A stretch of 57,066 nt of DNA, filler included, from Stramenopiles sp. TOSAG23-3 (lineage: Eukaryota): the NCBI GenBank assembly GCA_900128585.1. It is 3 parts of 3 records of this genome, joined end to end, with 100 filler letters (N's around TTAATTAATTAA, not from the genome) between each part and the next. Parts side by side here need not be neighbours in the genome. Positions count along the whole stretch, not along the records: positions 1 to 18,965 come from LT642413.1; 2 more parts are not named here. One strand, 5' to 3'. This document shows positions 1 through 9,922 of the stretch, one piece after another. Position 1 is the stretch's first letter; the number at the start of each line of letters is the position of its first letter. Made by a program: the position numbers and the translations under genes. The notes below the pieces were generated by a model. That model ran no database searches and was not told the DNA's origin. It saw only the letters and a program-made list of their open reading frames with translations.

Positions 1-1
1 A

Positions 2-2113
2 GCAAAGAAATCCTATTCTAGGCAAAAAGAAACCCCCGACCGTTCGACAAAGAATCGCAGAAAAAGAAAGGGGACGTTCGCAATAATGTTCAAAGGTCTG
101 TTGTTCCCCCTCTGCTCCTTTTATCAAGCTACGATGGGGCAGTACAAGATTGGCAAGGCTGTTGCCGCAATTTTTTGCGACAAGGTATTTTTTGCCCCGA
201 AAGCGAATGAATCGATCAAATCGTTGCAAAATGTTGCGCAAGATAAAGCTGAGATCCAAAACGTACAAGAAGAGACTGGGAGAAGCGAAATCGTACGTGA
301 AAAGCGAAGCAAAACATTCCCCGTAGTATTCAAAAGCCTGCTGCTCCCATTCTCCGCTTTTTACAACGGTATGAAGAAGACACATAAGATAGACAACACT
401 GTCATAGTGTTATCGAGATGCACGACGTTTTCTCTGCTGAAAACAAGAAAAGCAATGTACGTTTTCGCAACAATCGGCTACGTTCTTTTACTAGCAAACG
501 TTGGTATCCAGGGGCAATTCCATATTAACCCGGGAAGCATGGTAGGAGCGGTGCATCATCTCGTTTTGCCGCTAGGGTTTATCATCCTCGCGTTTATGGT
601 ATTGGAGTTAGGATTACGACTGGAACGACTACAGGCATGCCAGGAAGGATCGAACCTTAAGGGCGAGATGTCCGCATTGAGTGCAATAAAACAAGCCTTT
701 GTATCTGCGCGCAAGGACCAAGATTCAGCACTTCAAGAACTGGAGAAAGGACTTGAGGAGTTGCAAACGTCAAAGACTCAATTTTCGACGGAATTAGAAG
801 GCCTGAAGTTGATGGGCTCGCTTTTAGTCCGCGAAAAACATGCTCAAGAAGCCGAGGCGGCAAAAATAAAAGAAGCGTGGGGCAGAATGACTGCTTCAAA
901 GGACGACCTAACAGGTAGTTTCAAGGAAGTGAAATCCCTCAAGGAATCGATGGAACAAAATCTTCTTGCACACAAAACGGAGGCAGCAAGCTTAGAAGAC
1001 ACGGTAAAATCATTCGCGAAATCGGCCCAGTTCATTAAGAACGAATTAGAAGACGCAGAAGCCCAGCGAAAGTCATGCAAGGCTGCAAAGAACGACCTAG
1101 AGACGGAAATGTTGCAAGCGCAAAAGCAATTAAAGCGCGTTAGGAAGGTAAACGTCTCGCTGACTTCTGCCATCGACGAGGCTGAGTCTGTCCAAAATTC
1201 TTTCATGCTTTCGGGTCGAACACAAAACGAGCTGATGGATTCTTTGGACGAAGGCATCAATTTGGTGACAGAGAAAACCCATCATCTAAACGCCGATGTG
1301 AAGAACATCCAAGATTTTGGACTAAGACTGGACGAAACTAAAAAAATGATGGGCAAGTTTGCAAATGTGGTGAAAAGCTACGAGGACGCAATTGCGGAGA
1401 AACGGTCTGAAGTCGAAGCGTTGAGGGAGGTTCGAAAGCGTCTGGAGGTAGGCTTGGCAAAAATCAGAACAATGCAGGTCGATTCGACCACGCCAGTGAA
1501 TCGGCCCGCACACCATGCAAAATTGAATCATAAAATCGACGAGACGAACAACAAGTACAGTGTTGCAAAGCAAAAGTTAAAGTATGTCCAAAGCAAGCTA
1601 GCAGCAGAACGAGCGCGCGGGAAGAGAATGGGAGAGAAGTTGGAGGAGAAGACGTTGGAATTGGAAGCTTTGAAAGATTTGTTTGCGATGAGCACTTTTC
1701 ATGAAGTCGAAGACGAAGTCGCAAACAAAATAGAGGCAGAACACACCATCAAAAGCGACCCAGCTTTCTCAAAGGCAATGCAAGAGCAATGCAACTACCT
1801 TGGAATAAACCTGAACACGCAGCCAGAGTACGCATGGATTGCAGAGGAGTCGATGCTAGCCGCATTGCCCGAGGGCTGGAAAGAAGAAAAGAACGAGAAC
1901 GGAGTTCCTTTTTACCACAACCTTGAAACTGAAGAAAGTCAATGGGAGCACCCAAGCGATGAGTACTATCGTGATTTGCTCCATAGGCTGTTACGGGAGG
2001 ACGCTGAAGTCGACCATTCGGAGGATGACTCCAACAGTATAGGGGGAAGAGGAATGGTGGTTGCAGTTCACGATCTCGAGGAACGGAGTGATGGAGAGGA
2101 CATTTTACTTTGA
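2..2113 (+). CDS. 5'-truncated membrane-anchored coiled-coil protein with C-terminal CEP164-like WW module
   Basis: Frame is open from nt 2 (AKKSYSRQKETPDRS...), upstream of the ATG at 86. It has two hydrophobic helices (YVFATIGYVLLLANVGI; LVLPLGFIILAFMVLEL), a long heptad-rich region and the WW domain LPEGWKEEKNENGVPFYHNLETEESQWEHP, preceded by YLGINL..PEYAWIAEE as in the CEP164 N-terminal domain. Confidence 0.8.
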   Translation, partial: AKKSYSRQKETPDRSTKNRRKRKGTFAIMFKGLLFPLCSFYQATMGQYKIGKAVAAIFCDKVFFAPKANESIKSLQNVAQDKAEIQNVQEETGRSEIVREKRSKTFPVVFKSLLLPFSAFYNGMKKTHKIDNTVIVLSRCTTFSLLKTRKAMYVFATIGYVLLLANVGIQGQFHINPGSMVGAVHHLVLPLGFIILAFMVLELGLRLERLQACQEGSNLKGEMSALSAIKQAFVSARKDQDSALQELEKGLEELQTSKTQFSTELEGLKLMGSLLVREKHAQEAEAAKIKEAWGRMTASKDDLTGSFKEVKSLKESMEQNLLAHKTEAASLEDTVKSFAKSAQFIKNELEDAEAQRKSCKAAKNDLETEMLQAQKQLKRVRKVNVSLTSAIDEAESVQNSFMLSGRTQNELMDSLDEGINLVTEKTHHLNADVKNIQDFGLRLDETKKMMGKFANVVKSYEDAIAEKRSEVEALREVRKRLEVGLAKIRTMQVDSTTPVNRPAHHAKLNHKIDETNNKYSVAKQKLKYVQSKLAAERARGKRMGEKLEEKTLELEALKDLFAMSTFHEVEDEVANKIEAEHTIKSDPAFSKAMQEQCNYLGINLNTQPEYAWIAEESMLAALPEGWKEEKNENGVPFYHNLETEESQWEHPSDEYYRDLLHRLLREDAEVDHSEDDSNSIGGRGMVVAVHDLEERSDGEDILL
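20..445 (+). repeat. Degenerate intragenic tandem repeat, 240-nt (80-aa) period
   Basis: RRKRKGTFAIMFKGLLFPLCSFYQ..YKIG (M at 86) aligns with REKRSKTFPVVFKSLLLPFSAFYN..HKID (V at 326). Confidence 0.75.
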
Positions 2114-2440
2114 CGTATATATGTACCACTTCGGTATTTAGTAAATTAAACAATTAAAATAAACAATAATTCATTCCTTTAATGGACAAATGGAGCAAAT
2201 ACACATTCGCGGTCCGTACGAATTTGTCACGAAACGGCGATACAATCGAATCTGGAGGAAAAAACGTCCTTTAATCACAAAGACACCCTGAATAAGATCA
2301 TCGAGAATTGAAAATTAATTGATGCAATCAAAATCAACAACTCAACTGTGACCTCGTAAAACAGCAACGTTTTTCAGCTACAGTTCTCAATTTTCTACGT
2401 ATGTTTTTTTTAAAGAATTCTTAAAAGAATTAGACGAAGG

Positions 2441-5400
2441 CTAGGACGATACAAAAAATCCTCTGTCGGTTTTTCTTCTCTTTCTTCTGTTTCCTGCGGG
2501 TGGAGGAGGAGGAGTTCCATAGGGGCATTTCGCCAAACTGTGGTCCGTTTGAGCACAATTCCCACATTGGGGTGCGGACACCCCACTTGTTGCTTCGAGT
2601 CTTCTTTGGCTGGGTGGAGTAGATACACTATAAGAACTACTTCCACCGCTTCCAATAGGTCGGGTTTTCTTTTGCAAAATACCCTGAAAGATTCTTTTAC
2701 AATTCGAACAGTCTGGAATTAAACATAGGTCACAACGGTGGCTATTCGCTAATACTATTGTTTTGGGAAACTCAGCATTGCTCTTATTGTAGCTTAAGCA
2801 TAACTCACCCCCATGTGTCCTTTGCTCATTTACGGAAAACCCAAGATCTAAAATGCGAGAATAACCCAATACATTATCTTTCGCAAAGACAAAAATGCTG
2901 AATAATCTTGCACACTTTTTACAACCATCTGGGCATTCATCAAAACAGACAGGTAACTCAACACATAAGGGCACTTTGATTTCTGTTGATAAATTAGTTT
3001 TGTCTATTTCTAATTTCGCAAGATCTTCATCTGGCAGTATAGAAAATGAAATAATTTCACCGGTGCTGCACTCTTTGTTCAAGTAATATCCCATCTGTAA
3101 AATTTGGGCATATTTTCGAGAGTTTGCTTGAAATTGCGCACACCTTTTACTGACATACTTCAAAAACTTTCTAGTGCCATCCTGACAAGATTCGACTTTC
3201 CAGTTTCGATTGAACGGTCTGCTGATTTCCACGGGTTCAGGAAGCTTCTTAGACCGAGCAACCATTTTGTCTAACTCTTCGTTATAAAAAACCCGGGTTC
3301 CTCCCTTTCGTTTCTTTTTTTCCGTTTTTGTTTTTACAGTCTTCCTCGATGCTGCAGCCATGGGTTGGAAAAGCACTTTTTGAGGTGTTACTTCGTTTCT
3401 AGAATTTCTGCCCTCAACTAGACCGTAATTGGAAGAAATTTCACTTGCTCTACCATCGATTGTAACACCACGTTTGCGCTTGATGATTCGGAAGCGTTCT
3501 TTTTCATCCCATGCCAAAGATGCCGACCATTTATTCTTAAATAGTTTGTTTCTTTGTCTAGTATATGGGGATACCCGCCATAATTTTGGATCTGTAGAGG
3601 AAATCCAAACATCTATATTTATCTCAAACATAGACGCAAACCCTAAAATAAGAGGCGTCTTCAAAGCGTTTGGCAAAGGAGGGTCGCCTTCCTGTTTTAA
3701 CCATGTTGCAAATGCTTCTTGAAACTCTTGAAGTGTCATATCAAACGCACTCTTAAAAACTTGCTCTGACTCTTTGGAGCAAAATATCACATGCACTGTG
3801 TATAGGACTATGCCTTCAAACAGTCGGCTCTGTCTTCGTGCCCTCTCTTCTTTTTCGTCTGGGTTCATAGAGGTGGATTTCAAGATGGATGCTCTGCGTT
3901 TTAAGTACAACCCCATGGTCGAGAGCAATGCTTCACAAAGAGTCCCTTCATTTTCAGGATGATCTACAACTGTCAAATGGTATGGCGTCAATAAATTTTC
4001 CCATTCCATATCTTTAAGTGTCCCGTCATTCGTTTTGAAGAAATTATGCAACTGCTGAAGATGGTGTCCCGGATCTCCCCCCCCCCGTTCTGTAAGACAA
4101 CGACGCTTCCACTCAGAAAACAAAGTGGGAATTTGCGGTACACCGTCAAATTTCTCTACAGTTTTGTAATTGGAGATATAATCAACAATCCGCATTCGGA
4201 TAATGCGCGTTTCAGAGGCAGCATAGAGAGCAACTTTAGATACACTAAGTTCTTTGCTTATTTCATTGACATCCTTTTCAAGAGCTTTTAGATTTGAATT
4301 CAAACCTTTTAAACAGCTTACCATTTTCTCTCTTGCTCGCCGATCAGAGCTGCAAGACTTAATCAGCTTTGTGTATAATTTGTTTGAGATACCACTTCCG
4401 CCACATTTTACTATGCGGCCCAGTGTGCGCTTCGCTGCTTTGTTCCACGCTTCCTTGACGGAAGACACTATTGCTTTTTCGCATTCAGCAATATATGTTT
4501 TCAATTGTTTTCCAAAAAGTGCGTGGATCGAAAGTAAATCCATGTCCTTCATTGTTTTAGAATTGTACACAAAACAGGCTTTGCACAGCTCCTTTTCAAT
4601 TTTTTTCTCAAGCTTTACTCTCCAAAAATACTGGGTTTTAACTGACTTTCTATTTAAATATCCAATGCCTTGCCTTGTATCGAATATGGCATTGATGTCA
4701 TCTTTGGCGTAATGGTCAACGCAATGTTCAATAATCTTAATTAATTGGTCCCGTGACGTTTTAGAACCTTTCTTCCCGTTTGCAATTTTATCCTTTACAA
4801 GGAGGCACAATCGTTTCGAAAAGATGCCCAGCGAATTTCCAATCAATTTTTTTGCGCATCTGATCCAATTGTCTTGGATAAAATTAAAGACCGTAGAGTC
4901 CAACACTGCATCGCGTATTTTCAAGTAAAATGATTTTGTAGTCTTTGAACTTCCCAAGACTCTGACAATTTCTTTTGGTTTATCACTGCATCCACTACAT
5001 ATTTCAGTTTGAAAGGTTTCTGTGATAGTTCTTGCCAGTCTCTCCCTTTCTTCGTCAGCAAAAGCTTTGTTGGGGTCTTGAACAGTGGATTCAAGGCATT
5101 TTGTTGCATTATGTTTTATACCGTCAAAGAGTGTTCCCAACATTCCTTTAAGATCTTTATTGAAATCTGTTCTTATACGTTTGTCCCTTCTTAAAAGTTT
5201 TGCAAACTGTGGAACCTGAGGATGATATTCCTCGGACGACGAAAAAAAATAATCTGCGTGACTGTCTATACCATACCGCTGAAATGCCATGAGCAATTTG
5301 TTAACGCAGTGCCTTGAGTGCCGAGCTTCACTCGAATCAAATAGTCGAAGCAAGTCTCGACCGCCGGATGCTTCCATCACTTTTTGTCGATCAAATTGGA

Positions 5401-8086
5401 TTTCTTCGTCTCTGTCAAAACCAGCTTCTGTTGAAGTCAAAAGCGATGCATATAAGAAAGGGTAAAGGGTCACTATCCTGGGCTGACAGGTGAGCCTTCG
5501 GAGCATTTTCTTAAAATCCTTTCCTTTTATACCATGGCTTACAAAGCATTCCTTTAAATATTTTCGTGTATTCAAATCGTTACTCTCCTTCACTTTTTGC
5601 ATTGCTTTATCATCCGTTCTGTTAATTTTCTTTTCCATTGCCATACCATCGAGAGTTTGTTTGAGTTCTGGAATTATTATAAAATCAATGTCCAGTCGAC
5701 GCCGGCAAAGACCTCTTTTTATTGTTTTTAAACAGTCATTAAAAAGGTCCAAAAGCTTTTCTTCCTTGGTCTTAGTGGCCCTCAATAGTACAGGGTCAGA
5801 GAATAACGCCTTGGCCGAAGCAGTTAGAGTGCCATCTTCATCTTCCCCGTTTTGTACACGATCCAGAAGTTCTTCCACTTGAAAGTATTGGGGCATGTCT
5901 ATGGGAATATGCGACAGAAGTTTCCATGCCGATAAACTTCTAGAATCTATGTATCGCGGAATTAGACGATTCTTTAACACATCATTCATTTCCTTGTCAT
6001 GTTCTAAATTTCTTGCCATGACAATAATTGCATGGTCGGCCAAATCTATTTCAGTCAACAAATTGTGCCTTTTGATCGAGTTATTGTCGGCGGCACCTGG
6101 CACATCGCGAATTTCCGACTTTTTCCCTTCCAATAAGGTACTGGGAGCATAAACGATCATATCATCGATAAACATTCTCTTCGCTTTCATCTTAGGGTCA
6201 TTGGAACAAGTATATTCCTCTATTTTCTTCCGTATGTAATTCTGATCTAAAATAGAGTCCTTGCCTTCTGCCGTAAATATGACGGTTCTCCCGTCAATGG
6301 CCTTTATGTCTTTGTGGGGAACAAGTGTGTTCTGCAATTCTGCGCTCTCTGAGACAGGTTCGTCGCCTTCGTCGTCGTCTTCGTCATCGCTCCAGAGCGA
6401 TGCTTCTTTAATTTCCCCATGTCTTAAGGCTTGGACTAGTTTTTTCATGTAGTCATGATGGCGCTCAGCATCGTTATTTTCGAATTTATCATTCGTAAAG
6501 TCATGTTTGTCAATATCGATTTGAAGTGCCTCTAACCGTTTGAATTTGATCATCAAGGAAAATTCTGGTCCAAAGCGAACCCCTTTCCCAATTTCTGTAG
6601 TAGAAGTTCCGTCGTTACCAACAGGAAACAAGTAATAATACTCCTGCAAAGCAGGGTGCAAACCAAGAGGCTGGGTAGAGTGCTTACGAATTAAATCCCG
6701 GGCTTCCATTTCTTTCCTTCTTATTTCGTCTTCTTCTTGTTTGGTTCCCTTATTAACGTCCGTAAACTGCTCCCATTTGAAAGTATCATCTTCGCCATCT
6801 GTAACTTTCTCAATAAAGTCATCGATAGAAAGCATACTATGTGATGAACCTGGATCGATAAGAGACATCTCACTGTGTACGTCTCTCAACAAGTACTCAA
6901 TCATTTCTTCCTCTTTTGAACCATATGACGATCGAGCACGTTCGCACATGAGCAACAAAAGATTTAAAGCCGTGGATTTTCCTTGTCCATTGCACCCCAG
7001 CAAAATGGTGCGAGCGTACTGTCTTAGTTGATGATTTGAAATTTCATTAGAGATTGCGACAAAACGATTTTTAAATAATTTGCCAATCTCTAAGTCAAGG
7101 GTCTTCCTTTCAGCCGGGCTCAACTGCTTCATTAATTTGTTTTCGAAGACATCGAAACTGCCTAGCAAGTTCCTGGTGATTTCTTCCAATCTCAGTGCCA
7201 TACCCCCAGCATCTGGAGCTATGTTTCGCTCCGCTACGAAAAGATCTACCTCGTGGTCGCTAGAATAGGAGGCCTCTCTAGCATTTAATTGAGCTTGGTT
7301 CTCTTCAATTTCCCGGTCACCAGGTTCGTCGTTCGAATCATCGTCCTCACTGTCGTTTGCATATTCTTCAAGGGTTGCGTCCTCAAATGCTTCAGTGATC
7401 CAAGTTTTGTATAATTTTTTAAAGTAATTTCGTATTGCAAACCATCGACCTTTACCCCTCCCCCTTTTTGCATGAAAGTCGTTGATCTGGAATTCTGTAA
7501 GGATTTTATGCAAATGTTTATTCCAATCTTCATCGCTTACTTCGTTTGATGGACGGACTGATGCAAGTGGGGCCCAGTCTTCGCACCTATAATTAGTCAA
7601 CGCAATAAAAAGTTCGGCTGCTTGTTTTAACGAAACGAACCGCTTATTTTTACCCCTTGTCGGAAATCTGGACGTCCACCTTTGTAACTTTCCGGTGCGA
7701 AGTTCTGTCGTGTTGAAATGCAGCCGCAGCCTTTCTTTTATTCTGTTGACAATATGCGGTGGGAAAATATCCTTTTCTTCTTCCGATTGCATCTGTGCAA
7801 GTTGGGCAGTGGGGGCAGGGGCGTAAGCTTTGCACAGAGGGCAACAGAAGTCCTCATCAAGGGCAGGCTTTTCGGACAAACCCGAACACTCAAAGTGGTA
7901 AGCGCCGTTGCATGTTTCACAAAGATATAAAAATCCATCAACACCACACTTGCTGCAAACGTCGTTGTGCCATTCAGTACGACGGCTAGATTCACCAGCG
8001 TTACTGACCCCGTTACTGGTTTGACCGCTCGGATCAGCAGTGCTGCTCGGATCCACAGTGTTGCTCGGACCTGCGATGGAAGCCAT
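2441..8086 (-). CDS. PHD finger + dynamin-like (SLIP-GC/NUGGC-like) GTPase + OTU-like + CCHC zinc-knuckle protein
   Basis: First ATG is at 8086 (the ORF-track start at 8134 is TTG). PHD: CSKC..LYLCETC..YHFEC..CPLC. G1 GCNGQGKST, G2-like FPVGNDGTSTTE, G3 DVPGAADNN. OTU-like block at ~3482-4000, knuckle CGNCAQTDHSLAKC, C-terminal basic NLS RRKRRK. Confidence 0.8.
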   Translation of the reverse strand: MASIAGPSNTVDPSSTADPSGQTSNGVSNAGESSRRTEWHNDVCSKCGVDGFLYLCETCNGAYHFECSGLSEKPALDEDFCCPLCKAYAPAPTAQLAQMQSEEEKDIFPPHIVNRIKERLRLHFNTTELRTGKLQRWTSRFPTRGKNKRFVSLKQAAELFIALTNYRCEDWAPLASVRPSNEVSDEDWNKHLHKILTEFQINDFHAKRGRGKGRWFAIRNYFKKLYKTWITEAFEDATLEEYANDSEDDDSNDEPGDREIEENQAQLNAREASYSSDHEVDLFVAERNIAPDAGGMALRLEEITRNLLGSFDVFENKLMKQLSPAERKTLDLEIGKLFKNRFVAISNEISNHQLRQYARTILLGCNGQGKSTALNLLLLMCERARSSYGSKEEEMIEYLLRDVHSEMSLIDPGSSHSMLSIDDFIEKVTDGEDDTFKWEQFTDVNKGTKQEEDEIRRKEMEARDLIRKHSTQPLGLHPALQEYYYLFPVGNDGTSTTEIGKGVRFGPEFSLMIKFKRLEALQIDIDKHDFTNDKFENNDAERHHDYMKKLVQALRHGEIKEASLWSDDEDDDEGDEPVSESAELQNTLVPHKDIKAIDGRTVIFTAEGKDSILDQNYIRKKIEEYTCSNDPKMKAKRMFIDDMIVYAPSTLLEGKKSEIRDVPGAADNNSIKRHNLLTEIDLADHAIIVMARNLEHDKEMNDVLKNRLIPRYIDSRSLSAWKLLSHIPIDMPQYFQVEELLDRVQNGEDEDGTLTASAKALFSDPVLLRATKTKEEKLLDLFNDCLKTIKRGLCRRRLDIDFIIIPELKQTLDGMAMEKKINRTDDKAMQKVKESNDLNTRKYLKECFVSHGIKGKDFKKMLRRLTCQPRIVTLYPFLYASLLTSTEAGFDRDEEIQFDRQKVMEASGGRDLLRLFDSSEARHSRHCVNKLLMAFQRYGIDSHADYFFSSSEEYHPQVPQFAKLLRRDKRIRTDFNKDLKGMLGTLFDGIKHNATKCLESTVQDPNKAFADEERERLARTITETFQTEICSGCSDKPKEIVRVLGSSKTTKSFYLKIRDAVLDSTVFNFIQDNWIRCAKKLIGNSLGIFSKRLCLLVKDKIANGKKGSKTSRDQLIKIIEHCVDHYAKDDINAIFDTRQGIGYLNRKSVKTQYFWRVKLEKKIEKELCKACFVYNSKTMKDMDLLSIHALFGKQLKTYIAECEKAIVSSVKEAWNKAAKRTLGRIVKCGGSGISNKLYTKLIKSCSSDRRAREKMVSCLKGLNSNLKALEKDVNEISKELSVSKVALYAASETRIIRMRIVDYISNYKTVEKFDGVPQIPTLFSEWKRRCLTERGGGDPGHHLQQLHNFFKTNDGTLKDMEWENLLTPYHLTVVDHPENEGTLCEALLSTMGLYLKRRASILKSTSMNPDEKEERARRQSRLFEGIVLYTVHVIFCSKESEQVFKSAFDMTLQEFQEAFATWLKQEGDPPLPNALKTPLILGFASMFEINIDVWISSTDPKLWRVSPYTRQRNKLFKNKWSASLAWDEKERFRIIKRKRGVTIDGRASEISSNYGLVEGRNSRNEVTPQKVLFQPMAAASRKTVKTKTEKKKRKGGTRVFYNEELDKMVARSKKLPEPVEISRPFNRNWKVESCQDGTRKFLKYVSKRCAQFQANSRKYAQILQMGYYLNKECSTGEIISFSILPDEDLAKLEIDKTNLSTEIKVPLCVELPVCFDECPDGCKKCARLFSIFVFAKDNVLGYSRILDLGFSVNEQRTHGGELCLSYNKSNAEFPKTIVLANSHRCDLCLIPDCSNCKRIFQGILQKKTRPIGSGGSSSYSVSTPPSQRRLEATSGVSAPQCGNCAQTDHSLAKCPYGTPPPPPAGNRRKRRKTDRGFFVSS

Positions 8087-8920
8087 ACTTACAAAAGTAG
8101 TTTCGTTCGTATATAATATTTGACAATATTGCAAAAGTTACTAAAGGATAAAAAGTTACACTTAAACGTTTAAATCCCTATAAATATTCCTTCTGTTTGT
8201 TATGTAAACTGTGCCTCCTTTTTATTTCATATCTGTTCATTCAGGGTTCGAGTTTACCTTGATACAATTTCCTTCTAAAATCTGAAAGTGTTTTGTCCTC
8301 CTACTATACTACACTAACTACTAATAATAACAATAAAAAAGAAGAAGCCAAAACTTCAGAAATTTGCTGTACCGCGGTAATACTGTACTCCTGTATCTTT
8401 CTTTACAGAAGTATGGATAGTAAAATTTCTATTATTTTTTTGATGGAGGGGTGATCTTCTACTTTTTTTGTTGTATGTCAAAAAATGCATTTGCGGAAAA
8501 TAGCAGGTAATTTTTGTTGTAAGTTGAGTGTTTTTATGTTTCTATTTTTCAACAAAAAAAATTCGGTGCGTGATCATCATTTTAACTGATCCTTTGTCTA
8601 TATTAAAGTTGATTTTGCAATGGAATAGCATCCCGTTAAAAAAAAAGAAGCAATAAACGCTTCATCATTTTATGAGAATAATTTTATTAAGCTTGGTGCT
8701 GAAGGAAATCGGTGATTACAAGATGCAGACTGTGCTAGGAACGTGAGCGAACCCTAAAACTTTTTCCCGTACTATCAACGAAAGGTATCCTAGCGAAAAT
8801 CTTTTTTTACTATTATTAAAATATATATTTATATTATGAGGCCCACTTGCAGCCTAGACAATATCTTTTTCCCGCCAATGCTTTTCAACGCCCCTCGGCC
8901 TCTTCTCGTATCCCCGCTCG

Positions 8921-9011
8921 NNNNNNNNNNNNNNNNNNNNNNNNNNNNNNNNNNNNNNNNNNNNNNNNNNNNNNNNNNNNNNNNNNNNNNNNNNNNNNNN
9001 NNNNNNNNNNN
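8921..9011. other. Scaffold gap (91 N)
   Basis: Run of N with no linker sequence. Confidence 0.99.
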
Positions 9012-9012
9012 C

Positions 9013-9279
9013 CGTTGCCAACATGGCAAAGAATTGTCGATTGGTATTGAGGACCGTTGCAAGGGCGACTGGAAAGAAATACGCATCCCGGCAAAACGTG
9101 CCATGATTGAGCGTGCGAGTATTGACGATGGAATTTCCCCAGACTGGGTAACAAAAGATTTCGACTCGTTTAATCCAAGTTCGTATGGAGAATCGTGGAG
9201 TACACGACCAACAACGTTATCTTCAGGAAGGGTAGTATCCTATGGATGGAATCCCAATTCTCCCAAAGACGCGCCGTAA
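9013..9279 (+). CDS. 3' fragment of a hypothetical protein, truncated by the gap
   Basis: Open frame from the gap to TAA (RCQHGKELSIG...WNPNSPKDAP*), coding-like composition followed by an AT-rich spacer; no recognisable domain. Confidence 0.4.
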   Translation, partial: RCQHGKELSIGIEDRCKGDWKEIRIPAKRAMIERASIDDGISPDWVTKDFDSFNPSSYGESWSTRPTTLSSGRVVSYGWNPNSPKDAP

Positions 9280-9344
9280 GTCAACACGTTCTTCGTCCAA
9301 CAGTCTAAATTATTACTTTCTTACTACATATAATATATTTATCT

Positions 9345-9393
9345 AAGCTAAATTTAATTACTTAAATAACATACAGCCAATTTTCTTGTTTTT
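9345..9393 (-). repeat. Dispersed ~40-bp repeat copy (AAAACAAGAAAATTGGCTGTTATTTAAGTAATTAAATTTAGCTT family)
   Basis: Its reverse complement matches 37959-38002 except for a 4-nt insertion. Confidence 0.85.
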
Positions 9394-9922
9394 ATTTATC
9401 TATTTTCGTTTTTCGTAAGTTTTATGATTATTAAATATAAGTGAGAACCAACAACAACAGCAACATTCAGTAATAATACATGAAATAACAGAACAAAATA
9501 AATATTATAATAGTGTGTAATTATTAAGCGTTTCTTTCTTCTTTATATTTTGAGATCAACAACATCATTATACACACAATGAAAAAGAAGGAAAAAAAAA
9601 GATTGTAAAAGATTGTAATTCTTACTTTCACAAAATTTTACAAGTATGGTAACTTTTATAAGACCGAATCCAATCGGTCAGATATATTAGAAAGTTGGAA
9701 CGATCCGTTTCTCGAACAGTCTGCATTCGTTTGTGTTGTGGTACAAAACCATAGGATTCGAACATTTTTGCAACAACAACAAAGGATTCTATACATTAGG
9801 GTTTGCTGTACATTTTGATTGACAGTTTCTCCGTTAGTCAGGTCACAGTTTAGTTCCCTTTTTTTTAGTTCTATTGACCAGTTGTGACGGGTGTGAGGTG
9901 AGGATTCTGAGAGTTTGTAATT

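Noticed and set aside
2114-8920. Transposon boundaries (TIR/TSD) around the PHD-GTPase gene
   Set aside because: No matching terminal repeats or transposase, integrase or RT motifs were found by eye.
8829-9154. ORFs reading through the 91-N gap
   Set aside because: They depend on N codons; the two sides cannot be shown to be one gene.
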